Source of the DNA: an uncultured Lentimicrobiaceae bacterium
Lineage (GTDB): Bacteria > Bacteroidota > Bacteroidia > Bacteroidales > 4484-276
NCBI GenBank assembly: GCA_964612515.1
Contig: CAZTCX010000003.1
Location: forward strand, 1 to 56,544
Length of the DNA stretch: 56,544 bases
Direction: 5' to 3'
The notes under the pieces are model-generated. The model was not told where the DNA came from and ran no database searches. It saw only the letters and a list, made by a program, of their open reading frames with translations. A program made the translations under genes and the position numbers. Below, piece by piece: positions 18,645-28,736 of the stretch; position 1 is the stretch's first letter; every line of letters begins with the position of its first letter.

Positions 18645-21188
18645 ATGGAAAACAATCAGGAAGGCGAAAGAATAGTTAAGGTAAATATTGAAAATCAAAT
18701 GAAATCGGCCTACATCGATTATTCGATGTCGGTTATTGTTTCGCGGGCGTTGCCTGATGTTCGTGATGGTTTAAAGCCGGTTCACCGCCGGATTTTATTT
18801 GGGATGCTCGATCTGGGCAACCTTTCCAGTCGACCTTATAAGAAATCAGCGAGGATAGTAGGGGAGGTGCTTGGTAAGTACCATCCGCATGGCGACTTCT
18901 CTGTTTATGATGCAATGGTACGAATGGCGCAGGAATGGTCGTTGAGGTATCCGCTCATCGATGGGCAGGGAAACTTCGGTTCTATCGACAACGACAGTCC
19001 GGCAGCTATGCGATACACGGAAGCGCGCTTGCGCAAACTAGCCGAAGAAATGCTGGATGACCTCAGCAAAGATACGGTCGATTTCCAGCCCAACTTCGAC
19101 GATTCACTCGAAGAGCCTACCGTGCTGCCAGCCAGAGTCCCCAACCTGCTCATCAATGGAGCTTCTGGTATTGCCGTTGGGATGGCTACCAATATGCCGC
19201 CGCACCACCTGGGAGAAGTAATAGATGGTACGATTGCGTACATCGATAACCACGACATCACCATAGAAGAGCTGATGAAATATGTCAAGGCTCCTGATTT
19301 CCCGACAGGCGGTATCATCTATGGCTACGACGGCGTTAGGGAAGCCTTTTTGACAGGCCGTGGACGCATTGTCATCAGGGCGGAAGCTACCATAGAAAGC
19401 ACCAGCAGCGGACGCGATCAAATCATCGTCACCACTGTACCTTATCAGGTGAATAAAGCTGAGATGATCAAAAAAACGGCTGATCTGGTGAATGATAAGA
19501 AAATAGAAGGAATAACTGATATCCGCGATGAGTCTGACCGCACCGGTATTCGTATCGTTTATGAACTAAAAAGAGATGCTGTAAGCAATGTTGTGCTCAA
19601 CAAGCTCTATCAGCAGACAGCTCTTCAGACTTCCTTCAGTGTCAATAATATTGCTTTGGTAAACGGCCGGCCAATGCAGCTCAACCTGAAAGATATGATT
19701 CGGCATTTTGTCGATCATCGCCATGTTGTTATTATTAGACGCACCGAATACGAGCTTCGCGAAGCCGAGAAACGCGCCCACATCCTCGAAGGACTGCTCA
19801 TCGCATTGGATCATCTGGATGAGGTAATTACATTGATTCGGCAATCGCAAACCCCCGACGAGGCTAAAAATGGTTTGATGACCACTTTTAACCTGTCAGA
19901 ACTACAGGCCAAAGCCATCCTCGAAATGCGTTTGCAGCGCCTTACAGGCCTGGAACGCGATAAGATAAAGGAAGATTACAATGCATTGATGGAACGTATT
20001 GCCTACTTCAAGCGCCTACTCGAAAACGAAGACCTGCGCATGGAATTGATCAAAAATGAGCTGCTTGAGATAAAGGAAAAATACAAAGACGAACGACGTA
20101 CCCGAATAGAATATTCCGCCAGCGACTTCCGTATTGAAGATACCATTCCCGATGATGAGGTGGTGGTGACCATTTCGCACATGGGCTACATGAAGCGTAC
20201 GGCATTATCTGAATACAAAGTACAGGGTAGGGGCGGGCGTGGATCTAAAGCTTCGGCGGTGCGACAAGAGGATTTCCTGGAACATCTGTTTGTTGCTTCC
20301 AACCATAATTACATGTTGTTCTTTACTGAAAGTGGCAAATGTTTCTGGCTTCGGGTTTTTGAAATCCCGGAGGGTACGCGACATTCAAAAGGAAGAGCTG
20401 TTCAAAATCTAATCAATATTTCTTCAGAAGATAAAATCAAGGCGTTTATAAATACCAAGGATCTAAAAGATGAAGATTACGTCAAGAGTAATTACATCAC
20501 CATGGTGACGGTGCGCGGTATTATCAAAAAAACCAGCCTTAAGGAATATTCGCGTCCGCGGCAAAATGGTATCAACGCCATCGTGGTGCGCGATGGAGAT
20601 GCGTTGCTTGAAGCACGCCTGACCAATGGTGAAAACGAAATCATCATCGCATTGCAATCAGGACGTGCCATTCGTTTCAACGAAACAAGAGTTCGCCCGA
20701 TGGGTCGCAATACAAGCGGAGTAAGAGGCATAACCCTGGCCAACGAAAAGGATGCTGTGGTTGGAATGATCTGTTTGGAAAACCCCGAATATGACGTTTT
20801 GGTAGTTTCAGAAAATGGATATGGAAAACGTTCCAAACTTGAAGACTACCGCATTACAAACCGCGGTGGAAAAGGAGTGAAGACGTTGAATATCACCGAG
20901 AAAACCGGCCAGCTTATCGCGATCAAAAACGTTACAGATACTGACGACCTGATGATTATTAACAAATCAGGACTTACCATACGCCTGGCTGTAAGCGAAC
21001 TGCGTGTGATGGGACGTGCCACACAAGGTGTGCGACTGATTAATCTGCGCGACGACGATGCCATAGCTGCCGTTGCTAATGTGATGCGGGAAGAAGAGGA
21101 AGATGAGGAAATCATTATGGATGAATTAGAAAATAATGATGAGAATATCGCAACTGAGGAGGATGAACAAACTACAACTGAGGAATAA
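18645..21188 (+). CDS. gyrA: DNA gyrase subunit A
   Basis: Full-length match, including the YHPHGD region and the active-site Tyr context [10 protein letters not shown], plus a C-terminal beta-pinwheel and acidic tail. Confidence 0.95.
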   Translation: MENNQEGERIVKVNIENQMKSAYIDYSMSVIVSRALPDVRDGLKPVHRRILFGMLDLGNLSSRPYKKSARIVGEVLGKYHPHGDFSVYDAMVRMAQEWSLRYPLIDGQGNFGSIDNDSPAAMRYTEARLRKLAEEMLDDLSKDTVDFQPNFDDSLEEPTVLPARVPNLLINGASGIAVGMATNMPPHHLGEVIDGTIAYIDNHDITIEELMKYVKAPDFPTGGIIYGYDGVREAFLTGRGRIVIRAEATIESTSSGRDQIIVTTVPYQVNKAEMIKKTADLVNDKKIEGITDIRDESDRTGIRIVYELKRDAVSNVVLNKLYQQTALQTSFSVNNIALVNGRPMQLNLKDMIRHFVDHRHVVIIRRTEYELREAEKRAHILEGLLIALDHLDEVITLIRQSQTPDEAKNGLMTTFNLSELQAKAILEMRLQRLTGLERDKIKEDYNALMERIAYFKRLLENEDLRMELIKNELLEIKEKYKDERRTRIEYSASDFRIEDTIPDDEVVVTISHMGYMKRTALSEYKVQGRGGRGSKASAVRQEDFLEHLFVASNHNYMLFFTESGKCFWLRVFEIPEGTRHSKGRAVQNLINISSEDKIKAFINTKDLKDEDYVKSNYITMVTVRGIIKKTSLKEYSRPRQNGINAIVVRDGDALLEARLTNGENEIIIALQSGRAIRFNETRVRPMGRNTSGVRGITLANEKDAVVGMICLENPEYDVLVVSENGYGKRSKLEDYRITNRGGKGVKTLNITEKTGQLIAIKNVTDTDDLMIINKSGLTIRLAVSELRVMGRATQGVRLINLRDDDAIAAVANVMREEEEDEEIIMDELENNDENIATEEDEQTTTEE

Positions 21189-21284
21189 TCATTTATCGAA
21201 ATAAAAAATCAGCCAGACTGATATTCTTTCTGGCATGACTATTGAAAAGCAAACAAATTTAACAAACTAAACTTTGCAGGAAAA

Positions 21285-22424
21285 ATGAAAAAATTCGTAG
21301 TGTTATTAATTACAGTCATGGCCTTTTCGGGTATTTATGCCCAACCAAACAACGTGGTAGCCGCGTTCAACTACCTGAATCGCGGCAAGCTCGACAAGGC
21401 CAAAGAAGCCATTGACAAGGCCACCGAGCATGCTAAAACAATGAATGATGCAAAAACGTGGTTTTACAGTGGTAATGTGTATTTATCCATACAATTAACA
21501 GACGAGGAGGCTTACAAAAATCTTGATCCAGACCCTTTGGATAAAGCCTATGCAGATTACAGGAAATCGCTTGAACTCGATACCAAACATGAGTATTCTG
21601 ACCAGGTAAAAGATAGGATCCAAGTGTGCGCGGAGCAATATTTTAATAAAGGAGTAACAGATTACAACGAGCAGAATTACAAAGCTGCTTCCGAGGCTTT
21701 TGCAAAATCTGCGATGATTCGTCAGGAAGTGGGTGCCACCGATACCATTTCAGCGTTTTATGCCGGACAGAGTGCCTATCTTGCTCAGGACTATGCAACT
21801 GCCCGCAAGTATATGAATCAGGTGAAGGAGCTAAAATACGGCGATCCTGCTGTTTACAGCATCCTGGCCAACATCTATAAAGTAGAAGGCGATACCACTT
21901 CAGCCATTGCAGTAATCAACGAAGGCCGCCACGTGTATCCTGAAGATTACAGCTTGATTATTGATGCTGCTAACCTGTACCTTGCAACTGGTCAAAGCCA
22001 GGAGGCTTTGGATGTTTTAAATATTGCCATCGAAAAAGATAAAACTAATCCATCGTTGTTTTTTGCCGTCGGAACTATTTACGACAAAATGGGAAATTTC
22101 GAAAAAGCGCGCGACATGTATGTAAGTGCCATCGGTGTAGATCCCAATTATTTTGACGCAAACTACAACCTTGGAGCACTATATTTTAATAAAGCTGTTG
22201 AAGTGATTACTGAAGCCGGAAATCTACCGCTTAACGAAACAGCTAAATACGACCAGATGATGGCTGAAGGCAAGGTAATGATGGAGAAAGCCCTGCCATA
22301 TCTCGAAAAAGCTGACTCCATCCAGGAGAGCGATCAGATAACCTTGCAAACACTCAAAGAGATTTATACCCGTTTGGGAATGATGGACAAAGTGAAAGGC
22401 ATAAACGAGCGCCTGAACAATTAG
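21285..22424 (+). CDS. Secreted tetratricopeptide-repeat (TPR) protein
   Basis: Signal peptide followed by repeated 34-aa TPR-like units (A..Y..A, NLGALYFNKA etc.). Its own hairpin terminator lies at 22453-22490. Confidence 0.75.
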   Translation: MKKFVVLLITVMAFSGIYAQPNNVVAAFNYLNRGKLDKAKEAIDKATEHAKTMNDAKTWFYSGNVYLSIQLTDEEAYKNLDPDPLDKAYADYRKSLELDTKHEYSDQVKDRIQVCAEQYFNKGVTDYNEQNYKAASEAFAKSAMIRQEVGATDTISAFYAGQSAYLAQDYATARKYMNQVKELKYGDPAVYSILANIYKVEGDTTSAIAVINEGRHVYPEDYSLIIDAANLYLATGQSQEALDVLNIAIEKDKTNPSLFFAVGTIYDKMGNFEKARDMYVSAIGVDPNYFDANYNLGALYFNKAVEVITEAGNLPLNETAKYDQMMAEGKVMMEKALPYLEKADSIQESDQITLQTLKEIYTRLGMMDKVKGINERLNN

Positions 22425-22452
22425 GCGGAAAATTCTGTTTTACACAAAAACG

Positions 22453-22490
22453 AAATGGAGAGATCAGAAATGATTCTCTCCATTTTTTTA
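22453..22490 (+). terminator. Rho-independent terminator after the TPR gene
   Basis: AAATGGAGAGA ... TCTCTCCATTT 11-bp stem followed by a T-run. Confidence 0.8.
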
Positions 22491-22513
22491 TTAATCAATA
22501 AAAACTTAACGTT

Positions 22514-22804
22514 ATGGAAACCTTTGAAGAAAAACGGCAACAGTACCAAAAGCAAATCGACAACAGCCCATCGCAGTTTGAGCCAAATTATGGGATGGGG
22601 AAACTCTATTACGAACAGGCTACTCAGGCAGGCAGTACCGAACCTTCGGCAACACAGTGGCTGAAACAATCGGCTCAATATCTCGAAAAGGCCGATCAGA
22701 TAAAACCTGACAGCCGTGAAAATCTGACGATGCTACAGAAGGTGTACACCAGGATTAACGATTCTGAAAAAGTGAAGGGCATCAACGAGAGACTGAAAAA
22801 TTAA
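22514..22804 (+). CDS. Small TPR-like protein, a paralogue of the C-terminal ~95 aa of the upstream TPR protein (may be a gene fragment)
   Basis: 96 aa. ...QYLEKADQIKPDSRENLTMLQKVYTRINDSEKVKGINERLKN aligns with ...PYLEKADSIQESDQITLQTLKEIYTRLGMMDKVKGINERLNN at the end of 21285-22424. Confidence 0.45.
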   Translation: METFEEKRQQYQKQIDNSPSQFEPNYGMGKLYYEQATQAGSTEPSATQWLKQSAQYLEKADQIKPDSRENLTMLQKVYTRINDSEKVKGINERLKN

Positions 22805-23050
22805 GTTTCGTTTCATGAATTAAGAGGAGGGTGGGCTGCAAAGGATTTAGTAGCCAAGACTTAATTCTTCCAGCGTTAAAGATCCAGCCAATATTCTGTT
22901 TAAAAAGATAGGATTTGGAAAACATGATTTAACATAATATTAATTATCGGACATAAATCCGAATTTCAATTTCCCAGCTTTTAGGGTCGTAAGCTTCAAT
23001 TTTAATGAATCCGTTTTTTTAAGGCAGGATTATTAGATTTTCAGCCGGCA

Positions 23051-24289
23051 TTATTTTTTCTTTGGTTTTCTTTTTCCTTTAACACCTGTAGCTTCGTCTT
23101 CATTCAACAATGCCCGCCAGTCGTTTTTTGGAGTTTGTGCTTCAAGCAACACTTCGTGGTATTCCTTTCCAGTCATCACGATGCGGTGAATCGGTTTGCC
23201 AAGTGAAGCTTCAATTTCCTCAAGGATAGGTTTTTCTTCGCTGCTGCAAAAAGCAATAGCTTGTCCTTTGGCAGTTCCGCGTCCTGTGCGGCCAACACGA
23301 TGCACATATTGTTCGGCGCTGTCGGGCAAATCATAGTTGATTACAAAATGTACATCTGGAATGTCGATGCCACGGGCGCTCACATCGGTAGCGATGAGGA
23401 TTTTAAGTTCATCAGCTCTGAAGTTTTTCATCGTCAGTTCGCGAACCGATTGCTCTTTGTCGCTGTGAATGGTTTCGGTTGGAATTCCTACACGCTCCAT
23501 AGCAGCCTTCACGCGCTCAGCACGGACTTTGGTGCGCACGAAGACTAGCATTTTTTTATCAGGATTTTGTTTAATAAAATCTTCGAGAAAAAACCGTTTG
23601 TCGTCCATTTCCACAAAAGCAACCCCGTGTTCGATGTTTTTGGCTACCGGATCTTTGGGCGAAATCTGAATTCGTATCGGATTCACTACCAGCGAATAAG
23701 CAAGGTCTTTGATGGTTTCGTTGATGGTTGCAGAGAAAAACAATGTCTGTCGCTTTTTGGGCAATAGCCGCATCAAGTCTCGGATATCTTTAATAAAACC
23801 CATGTCGAGCATGTGGTCAGCTTCGTCGAGTACAAGGATTTCAACGCGGGTAAGGCGCAGCGCCCCCTGGCTTACCAGGTCGAACATGCGGCCGGGTGTA
23901 GCCACCAAAACATCTACACCTTCATTTAGTGTATCGATCTGCGGCTGCTGATCTACACCACCGTGAATACAAAAGGTGGTGACACGTGTATGTTTGCCAA
24001 GTGTAGTAAAAACGTTGGCGATTTGTATAGCAAGCTCGTGCGTTGGTGCCATCACCAGGCATTTTACTCCGTCGGGTCTGCCGGAAATTTTACGGCTTTG
24101 CAGCAAATGCAAAATGGGAATGGCAAAAGCTGCAGTTTTGCCCGTACCTGTCTGCGCTATTGCAAGCACGTCCTCCCCTTTCAGGATGGCAGGTATCGAC
24201 TTGAACTGTATGTCGGTAGGTTTTTTAAACTCCAGCTTCGATAAGCTGGTTTTGATGCCTTCGTGGATGTTGTATTGATCGAATTTCAT
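23051..24289 (-). CDS. rhlE: DEAD-box ATP-dependent RNA helicase (RhlE-like)
   Basis: Q-motif, AQTGTGKT, DEAD, SAT and HRVGRTGR motifs in order, with a Lys-rich C-terminal tail. Confidence 0.9.
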   Translation of the reverse strand: MKFDQYNIHEGIKTSLSKLEFKKPTDIQFKSIPAILKGEDVLAIAQTGTGKTAAFAIPILHLLQSRKISGRPDGVKCLVMAPTHELAIQIANVFTTLGKHTRVTTFCIHGGVDQQPQIDTLNEGVDVLVATPGRMFDLVSQGALRLTRVEILVLDEADHMLDMGFIKDIRDLMRLLPKKRQTLFFSATINETIKDLAYSLVVNPIRIQISPKDPVAKNIEHGVAFVEMDDKRFFLEDFIKQNPDKKMLVFVRTKVRAERVKAAMERVGIPTETIHSDKEQSVRELTMKNFRADELKILIATDVSARGIDIPDVHFVINYDLPDSAEQYVHRVGRTGRGTAKGQAIAFCSSEEKPILEEIEASLGKPIHRIVMTGKEYHEVLLEAQTPKNDWRALLNEDEATGVKGKRKPKKK

Positions 24290-24379
24290 AAGCTAAAAAT
24301 GTGGCTGCAAAGATAGCCAAATGAACAAAGCAGGCTTGCCGATGCTTTAGGGGCAGCTATTGATTAACAACAATATGAA

Positions 24380-25426
24380 ATGAAAGAAATCGACAAAAAG
24401 GCTCCTGTAATGGTCACCGGCGCAACGGGTTATGTAGCAGGTTGGTTGGTAAAATTACTGCTCGACAAGGGTTTTACCGTCCATGCTCCCATTCGTAATC
24501 CTAACGACAAGAACAAAACGAAATATCTCGACAATCTGGCAGTCTCAGCGGCGGGCAAACTCCTGTATTTTGAGGCCGATCTGCTGCGTGAAGGCTCCTA
24601 TGATGAAGCAATGCAAGGCTGCGAGCTAGTTTTTCATACGGCTTCTCCTTTTGTTTTGAATGTCAAAAATGCACAGCGCGATCTTATTGATCCGGCAATA
24701 AAAGGAACCCGCAATATTTTAAATTCGGTTAATAAAACTGCAACGGTAAAACGCTTAGTGCTTACCAGCAGCGTGGCAGCTATGTATGGCGATAACAAAG
24801 ACTTAAAATTGTGTCCAGATCGTACAATTACAGAGGAGTGCTGGAACACGACTTCATCGCTGAAACATCAGCCTTATAGCTATTCCAAAACGATGGCCGA
24901 AAAAGAAGCCTGGAAAATGCAAAGTCAGCAGCAGCGCTGGGATCTGGCGGTAATAAATCCATCGTTGGTGATGGGACCGGGAATAAGTCCGGATATTACT
25001 TCCGAGAGTTTTAAGATTATAAAACAACTTGGTGACGGCACCACTAAAATGGGTGCACCAGATTACGAAATCGGGCTTGTGGATGTGCGCGATGTGGCGC
25101 AGGCGCATTTTGCATCAGGCTTCACTCCCATGGCCAACGGGCGCTATATAATCTCCGGCCATAACTCCTCCATATTAGAAGTTTCAAAAATGCTGCGGGA
25201 TGTTTATGGCAGCAAATACCCTTTTCCCGCGCGAATAATCCCAAAATTTCTACTATGGATCATTGGCCCTTTGGCAGGATTTTCACGCAAAATGATCAGC
25301 CGGAACATTGGTTATCCATTCCGTGCCGACAACACCAAAAGCATCGAGGAACTCGGCATGTCGTATCGTCCGGCACAGGTTTCGGTGGTGGATTTTTTCA
25401 GTCAGGTGGTGGAAGCTGGGAAGTAG
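24380..25426 (+). CDS. NAD(P)-dependent extended SDR (dihydroflavonol/cinnamoyl-CoA reductase-like aldehyde reductase)
   Basis: Rossmann motif GATGYVAGWLV and catalytic YxxxK (YSYSKTMAEK). ~348 aa, typical of the epimerase/dehydratase-like SDR group. Confidence 0.8.
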   Translation: MKEIDKKAPVMVTGATGYVAGWLVKLLLDKGFTVHAPIRNPNDKNKTKYLDNLAVSAAGKLLYFEADLLREGSYDEAMQGCELVFHTASPFVLNVKNAQRDLIDPAIKGTRNILNSVNKTATVKRLVLTSSVAAMYGDNKDLKLCPDRTITEECWNTTSSLKHQPYSYSKTMAEKEAWKMQSQQQRWDLAVINPSLVMGPGISPDITSESFKIIKQLGDGTTKMGAPDYEIGLVDVRDVAQAHFASGFTPMANGRYIISGHNSSILEVSKMLRDVYGSKYPFPARIIPKFLLWIIGPLAGFSRKMISRNIGYPFRADNTKSIEELGMSYRPAQVSVVDFFSQVVEAGK

Positions 25427-25523
25427 AAATAGGAGGTGAATGATGAGGAAGAAGTGCGAGGGATGCCAGCCTGAGTCTTTATAGGACAAGACAGCAACAG
25501 GCAGAGCCTTTAGAAAATAGAAA

Positions 25524-25564
25524 GGACGAGGTTTCGGTGGCTGAGCTTATCGAAGCCCTCGTCC
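25524..25564. terminator. Long hairpin between convergent SDR and SMP-30-like genes (REP-like / bidirectional terminator)
   Basis: GGACGAGGTTTCG ... CGAAGCCCTCGTCC imperfect stem. No clear T-run. Confidence 0.45.
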
Positions 25565-25601
25565 AAACACCGCGATGGTTACAACCCGACAAATCCTTTT
25601 T

Positions 25602-26465
25602 CTAATCCAGGATTTTATAGGCAACTACGCGGTTGTCGAAAAAGGTAGGAACTAGCAGTATATTTTCATCCACCATCAGATGGATGTCGGCAGCATTCAC
25701 TTTTTCGTCGGTGGTGTTAAAAAGAACTTCCGGTTCTCCTCCTGCCGTCACACGCCGAACAAGGCCACTCCAATCCGAAAAGATAAAGTTGCCCGACTTG
25801 TCAATCTCCAGCCCATCCACGCCTCCGTCAAACTCGGCCACTACCTTTTGTATTTTGTTTGATGGATCGATGCGCACGATCTTTCCTTTGGCACCCACAT
25901 AAAGAAAACCGTCTCGGTAGTTGATACCGTTGGGACTGTCGAAAGTGCCCGCTGGCAGCCACGCTTTAATTTCGCCATCGGCAATCCTGTAGATCGTGCC
26001 AGTCATCATATCCGTCATGTAAATCCGGCCTTCGTCGCCTACAATACAGTCGTTCAAAAACTCCGCTGAGTCAGCCTCATAAAATTTCACGATTTTTCGT
26101 TTATCAAGATCAATTTCTGCAACACGATCTACGTCAGCTACGAACAGCCTGTCGCCAAGCATGGTCATACCTTTGGGAGCATGCAATCCTGTAACCCACT
26201 CCAGGCGGGTGATTCGACCATCGGGTTCCATGGTCGAAATAAAACCATTGGAATCTTTTTCATTTGATTTTCCATTAATATTTGCAACATACAACACCTG
26301 ATTGTTTGCATCGTAATAAACCGACTCGGGAACCAGAAAAACCTGATCGGTAGCCCACAGTTGCTTTACTTTTTCAGTGGCAGTTTCTTGCCCGATAGCT
26401 GAATTTGGAACGAAAATCAAAGCCATTGCGAAAGCGAAAAGAGAAATTGGAGTTTTATTTTTCAT
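25602..26465 (-). CDS. Secreted SMP-30/gluconolactonase/LRE-like beta-propeller protein
   Basis: Signal peptide (MKNKTPISLFAFAMALIFVPNSAIGQ) and repeated propeller-blade-like segments (LYVANI, LFVADV, IYMTDM, LYVGA). Start trimmed from 26678 to the ATG at 26465, because the extension would run through the upstream terminator hairpin. Confidence 0.6.
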   Translation of the reverse strand: MKNKTPISLFAFAMALIFVPNSAIGQETATEKVKQLWATDQVFLVPESVYYDANNQVLYVANINGKSNEKDSNGFISTMEPDGRITRLEWVTGLHAPKGMTMLGDRLFVADVDRVAEIDLDKRKIVKFYEADSAEFLNDCIVGDEGRIYMTDMMTGTIYRIADGEIKAWLPAGTFDSPNGINYRDGFLYVGAKGKIVRIDPSNKIQKVVAEFDGGVDGLEIDKSGNFIFSDWSGLVRRVTAGGEPEVLFNTTDEKVNAADIHLMVDENILLVPTFFDNRVVAYKILD

Positions 26466-26499
26466 AATAAAATATGTTTTGTGATTGGCTTTAAAACAC

Positions 26500-26530
26500 G
26501 AAAGCCTGCTCTTTTGTTGAGCAGGCTTTC
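26500..26530 (-). terminator. Hairpin terminator after the blaR1-like gene
   Basis: GAAAGCCTGCTC-TTTTGTT-GAGCAGGCTTTC 12-bp perfect stem. Confidence 0.65.
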
Positions 26531-26580
26531 GCCAAATGTTTTCTACGTTAAACTTGTCCGGATGACTTCTGCCTGAAAGT

Positions 26581-27906
26581 TTATTTTTTGGGGTAAGTTT
26601 CCTCCTTGTCCTGATCTTTGTCAGCATCCAGCGTAAACTTGATGGGCATGGTAAATTGAACAGCGACTGCTTCTCCATCCTTCTTTCCGGGTTCCCAGGC
26701 AGGCATTCCGTTTATAGCATCCAGTGCACTTTTGTCGAGTGCCTCACCTAATCCACGAAGCACTTTTACATTGGTAATCTGGCCATCAGCTTCCACCACA
26801 AAAGTGATGTAAACGATGCCTTGTTCACCAGCCTTGCGAGCCGATTCAGGATAAATAATATTTTCCTGAAGATACTTCATACGGCCTTCATCGCCACCCG
26901 GAAACTTTGGCATTTGGTCAACTACCTGGAATATTTGCCGCTCAGGGCTAAGTGTGTCGGGTGTAATAGCGATAGGTGAAGAAGTAGCTTGTGGAAATTC
27001 AGCGGCAGATGAAGAAATCTTTTTCACAAGCTCGCCGGCAGGCAGGCTGTAAGTAAAAGCCGCAATGAGCAGCAGTGTCAGTGGAAGCGCCAGCAGTACC
27101 CTGAGCTGTGAGCGCCGGCGCGATTTGTTTTTTGTCATCATAATAATGCGTGTTTTGATTAATGAATGATTAAAATGGTTGGCAAAGCCAAAGGCGGAAA
27201 CACCCGAAGCCTGCACTAATAAAAGATTTTGATAACTAATGGGTTCGTACCCTTTTCGCAGCACGCCCTCGTCGGCCAGGTATTCATGCACGGTTTCCAA
27301 CGACTTACGATAAAGCCAAGCAAATGGGTTGAACCACTGGAAAATCGTCAGCAACTCCGCCAACAGCAAGTCAGCCGAATGAAGCTGGCGCCAATGCACT
27401 TGTTCGTGGGCCACAATGGCTTCGAACTGCTCCGAATCCATTTCCGAACGATTAATAAAAAGATAATTAAAGAATGAAAATGGAGCCATCTCCTCCTCCA
27501 TCACAACAAGATTCCACGATCCGTAGCTTGTCACTTCACTGCCATGGATGAGCCTGAAAAGTTGCACCAATTTTATCACAAGCCGAAGCGCAAGAAAAAT
27601 AACGCCGAGAAGATACATTCCGGTCATTATCTGGAAGATACTAATATGCTGCTGCGCCATTTGCCGCACATCCGAGCCGTTGATAAACAAGGTGTCGAGA
27701 ACGATCATTGTGGGGGCTGGCATGGCAGCCGTTCCAAAAATATTGACTTTGGCCAATGGCAACAACAGCGAAGCAACTGCCGCAAGCAAGAAATAAACGC
27801 GGTTGAGTGTAAAATGCGTTTCACGCCGCAGTGCCAAACGATACAGCAGATAAAACAGCGACAAGGCGCCAGCCGATTGCAATAGATATAGGATGAAATT
27901 TTCCAT
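26581..27906 (-). CDS. BlaR1/MecR1-like M56 peptidase sensor fused to a TonB C-terminal domain
   Basis: N-terminal TM helices, the HExxH zinc motif (AHEQVHWRQLH), a later TM segment, then a TonB_C-like domain (QMPKFPGGDEGRMKYLQENIIYPESARKAGEQGIVYITFVV). Confidence 0.8.
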   Translation of the reverse strand: MENFILYLLQSAGALSLFYLLYRLALRRETHFTLNRVYFLLAAVASLLLPLAKVNIFGTAAMPAPTMIVLDTLFINGSDVRQMAQQHISIFQIMTGMYLLGVIFLALRLVIKLVQLFRLIHGSEVTSYGSWNLVVMEEEMAPFSFFNYLFINRSEMDSEQFEAIVAHEQVHWRQLHSADLLLAELLTIFQWFNPFAWLYRKSLETVHEYLADEGVLRKGYEPISYQNLLLVQASGVSAFGFANHFNHSLIKTRIIMMTKNKSRRRSQLRVLLALPLTLLLIAAFTYSLPAGELVKKISSSAAEFPQATSSPIAITPDTLSPERQIFQVVDQMPKFPGGDEGRMKYLQENIIYPESARKAGEQGIVYITFVVEADGQITNVKVLRGLGEALDKSALDAINGMPAWEPGKKDGEAVAVQFTMPIKFTLDADKDQDKEETYPKK

Positions 27907-27936
27907 ACAAATCTGTTTTTTTAAAGGTTCAATAGC

Positions 27937-28335
27937 TTATTCCGGGTCTTGTTTTTTCTTTTCAATTTGTGCATCAATCAGGCTGCGGATTTCCTCCATC
28001 TCCTGCACGCTTAGGTTTTCTTCTTTAGAAAAAAAGGAAACCAACTGCTTGTAAGATCCGCTGAAATAGCCCGACATGAGTCCGCTCAGGTAGCTTCGGG
28101 TGTACTCCTTTTTGGTGATCAGCGGATAATACTTATGACTTTTGCCATACGTGTGATGACCGACATATTCCTTTTTTTCGAGGATGCGCACCACCGTCGA
28201 TACGGTGTTGTAGGCGGGTTTGGGTTCGTCAAATTCTTCGAGGATGTCGTGCACAAAACATTCGCCTTTGCGCCACATGATTTGCATGATCTCCTCTTCG
28301 GCTCTGGTAAGTGGTTTCATCTGTTTTATTTTCAT
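27937..28335 (-). CDS. BlaI/MecI/CopY-family transcriptional repressor
   Basis: Winged-helix N-terminus (LTRAEEEIMQIMW...AYNTVSTVVRILEKKEYV) plus a C-terminal dimerisation helix. ATG at 28335 chosen; the TTG at 28353 and the ATG at 28320 are alternatives. Confidence 0.85.
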   Translation of the reverse strand: MKIKQMKPLTRAEEEIMQIMWRKGECFVHDILEEFDEPKPAYNTVSTVVRILEKKEYVGHHTYGKSHKYYPLITKKEYTRSYLSGLMSGYFSGSYKQLVSFFSKEENLSVQEMEEIRSLIDAQIEKKKQDPE

Positions 28336-28359
28336 AATAATTTCAAAACGCAAACATAA

Positions 28360-28396
28360 AACTATTATTTTAGTTAGATAACTAAGTTGATAGTTA
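28360..28396. promoter_or_regulatory. Two tandem dyads, AACTA-N6-TAGTT (28360-28375) and TAACTA-N6-TAGTTA (28379-28396): candidate BlaI-family operator
   Basis: Perfect inverted-repeat arms with centres 20 bp apart, 25-60 nt upstream of the blaI-like ATG (28335, minus strand). Confidence 0.5.
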
Positions 28397-28599
28397 ATTA
28401 ATATTAAAAATTACTATTTCCCTCCACAGTCCGCCCCATGCCACAGTAACACCGTGAATGCTGTTTAAGCCAGAAACACAATTTCCGAGCTTTTTATCCG
28501 CTGGTTTGGCGTAATTCACAGTGTTACTTGCAAAATACCCTTTCCCCATTTTTATAGAAATAGGTTTGGGGAAAATCAGATAATTTCCTGAATGGGATG

Positions 28600-28682
28600 T
28601 CGCCCCGTTGGGGCTTTATTCGTTTCGCCTTTTAATATCACAGCGCTGTGCGCTGCGCTAATGATTTCGCCCCGATGGGGCT
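28600..28682. repeat. REP-like GC-rich hairpin pair (TCGCCCCGwTGGGGCT x2) flanking a CAGCGCTG palindrome
   Basis: Copies at 28600-28615 and 28667-28682. Each folds as GCCCC-loop-GGGGC. They lie just downstream of the dnaE2-like stop. Confidence 0.6.
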
Positions 28683-28736
28683 ATAATTCGATATTCAAAA
28701 TTAATTTCCAAAAATCCTCCTGCCAACCCTCTCGCA

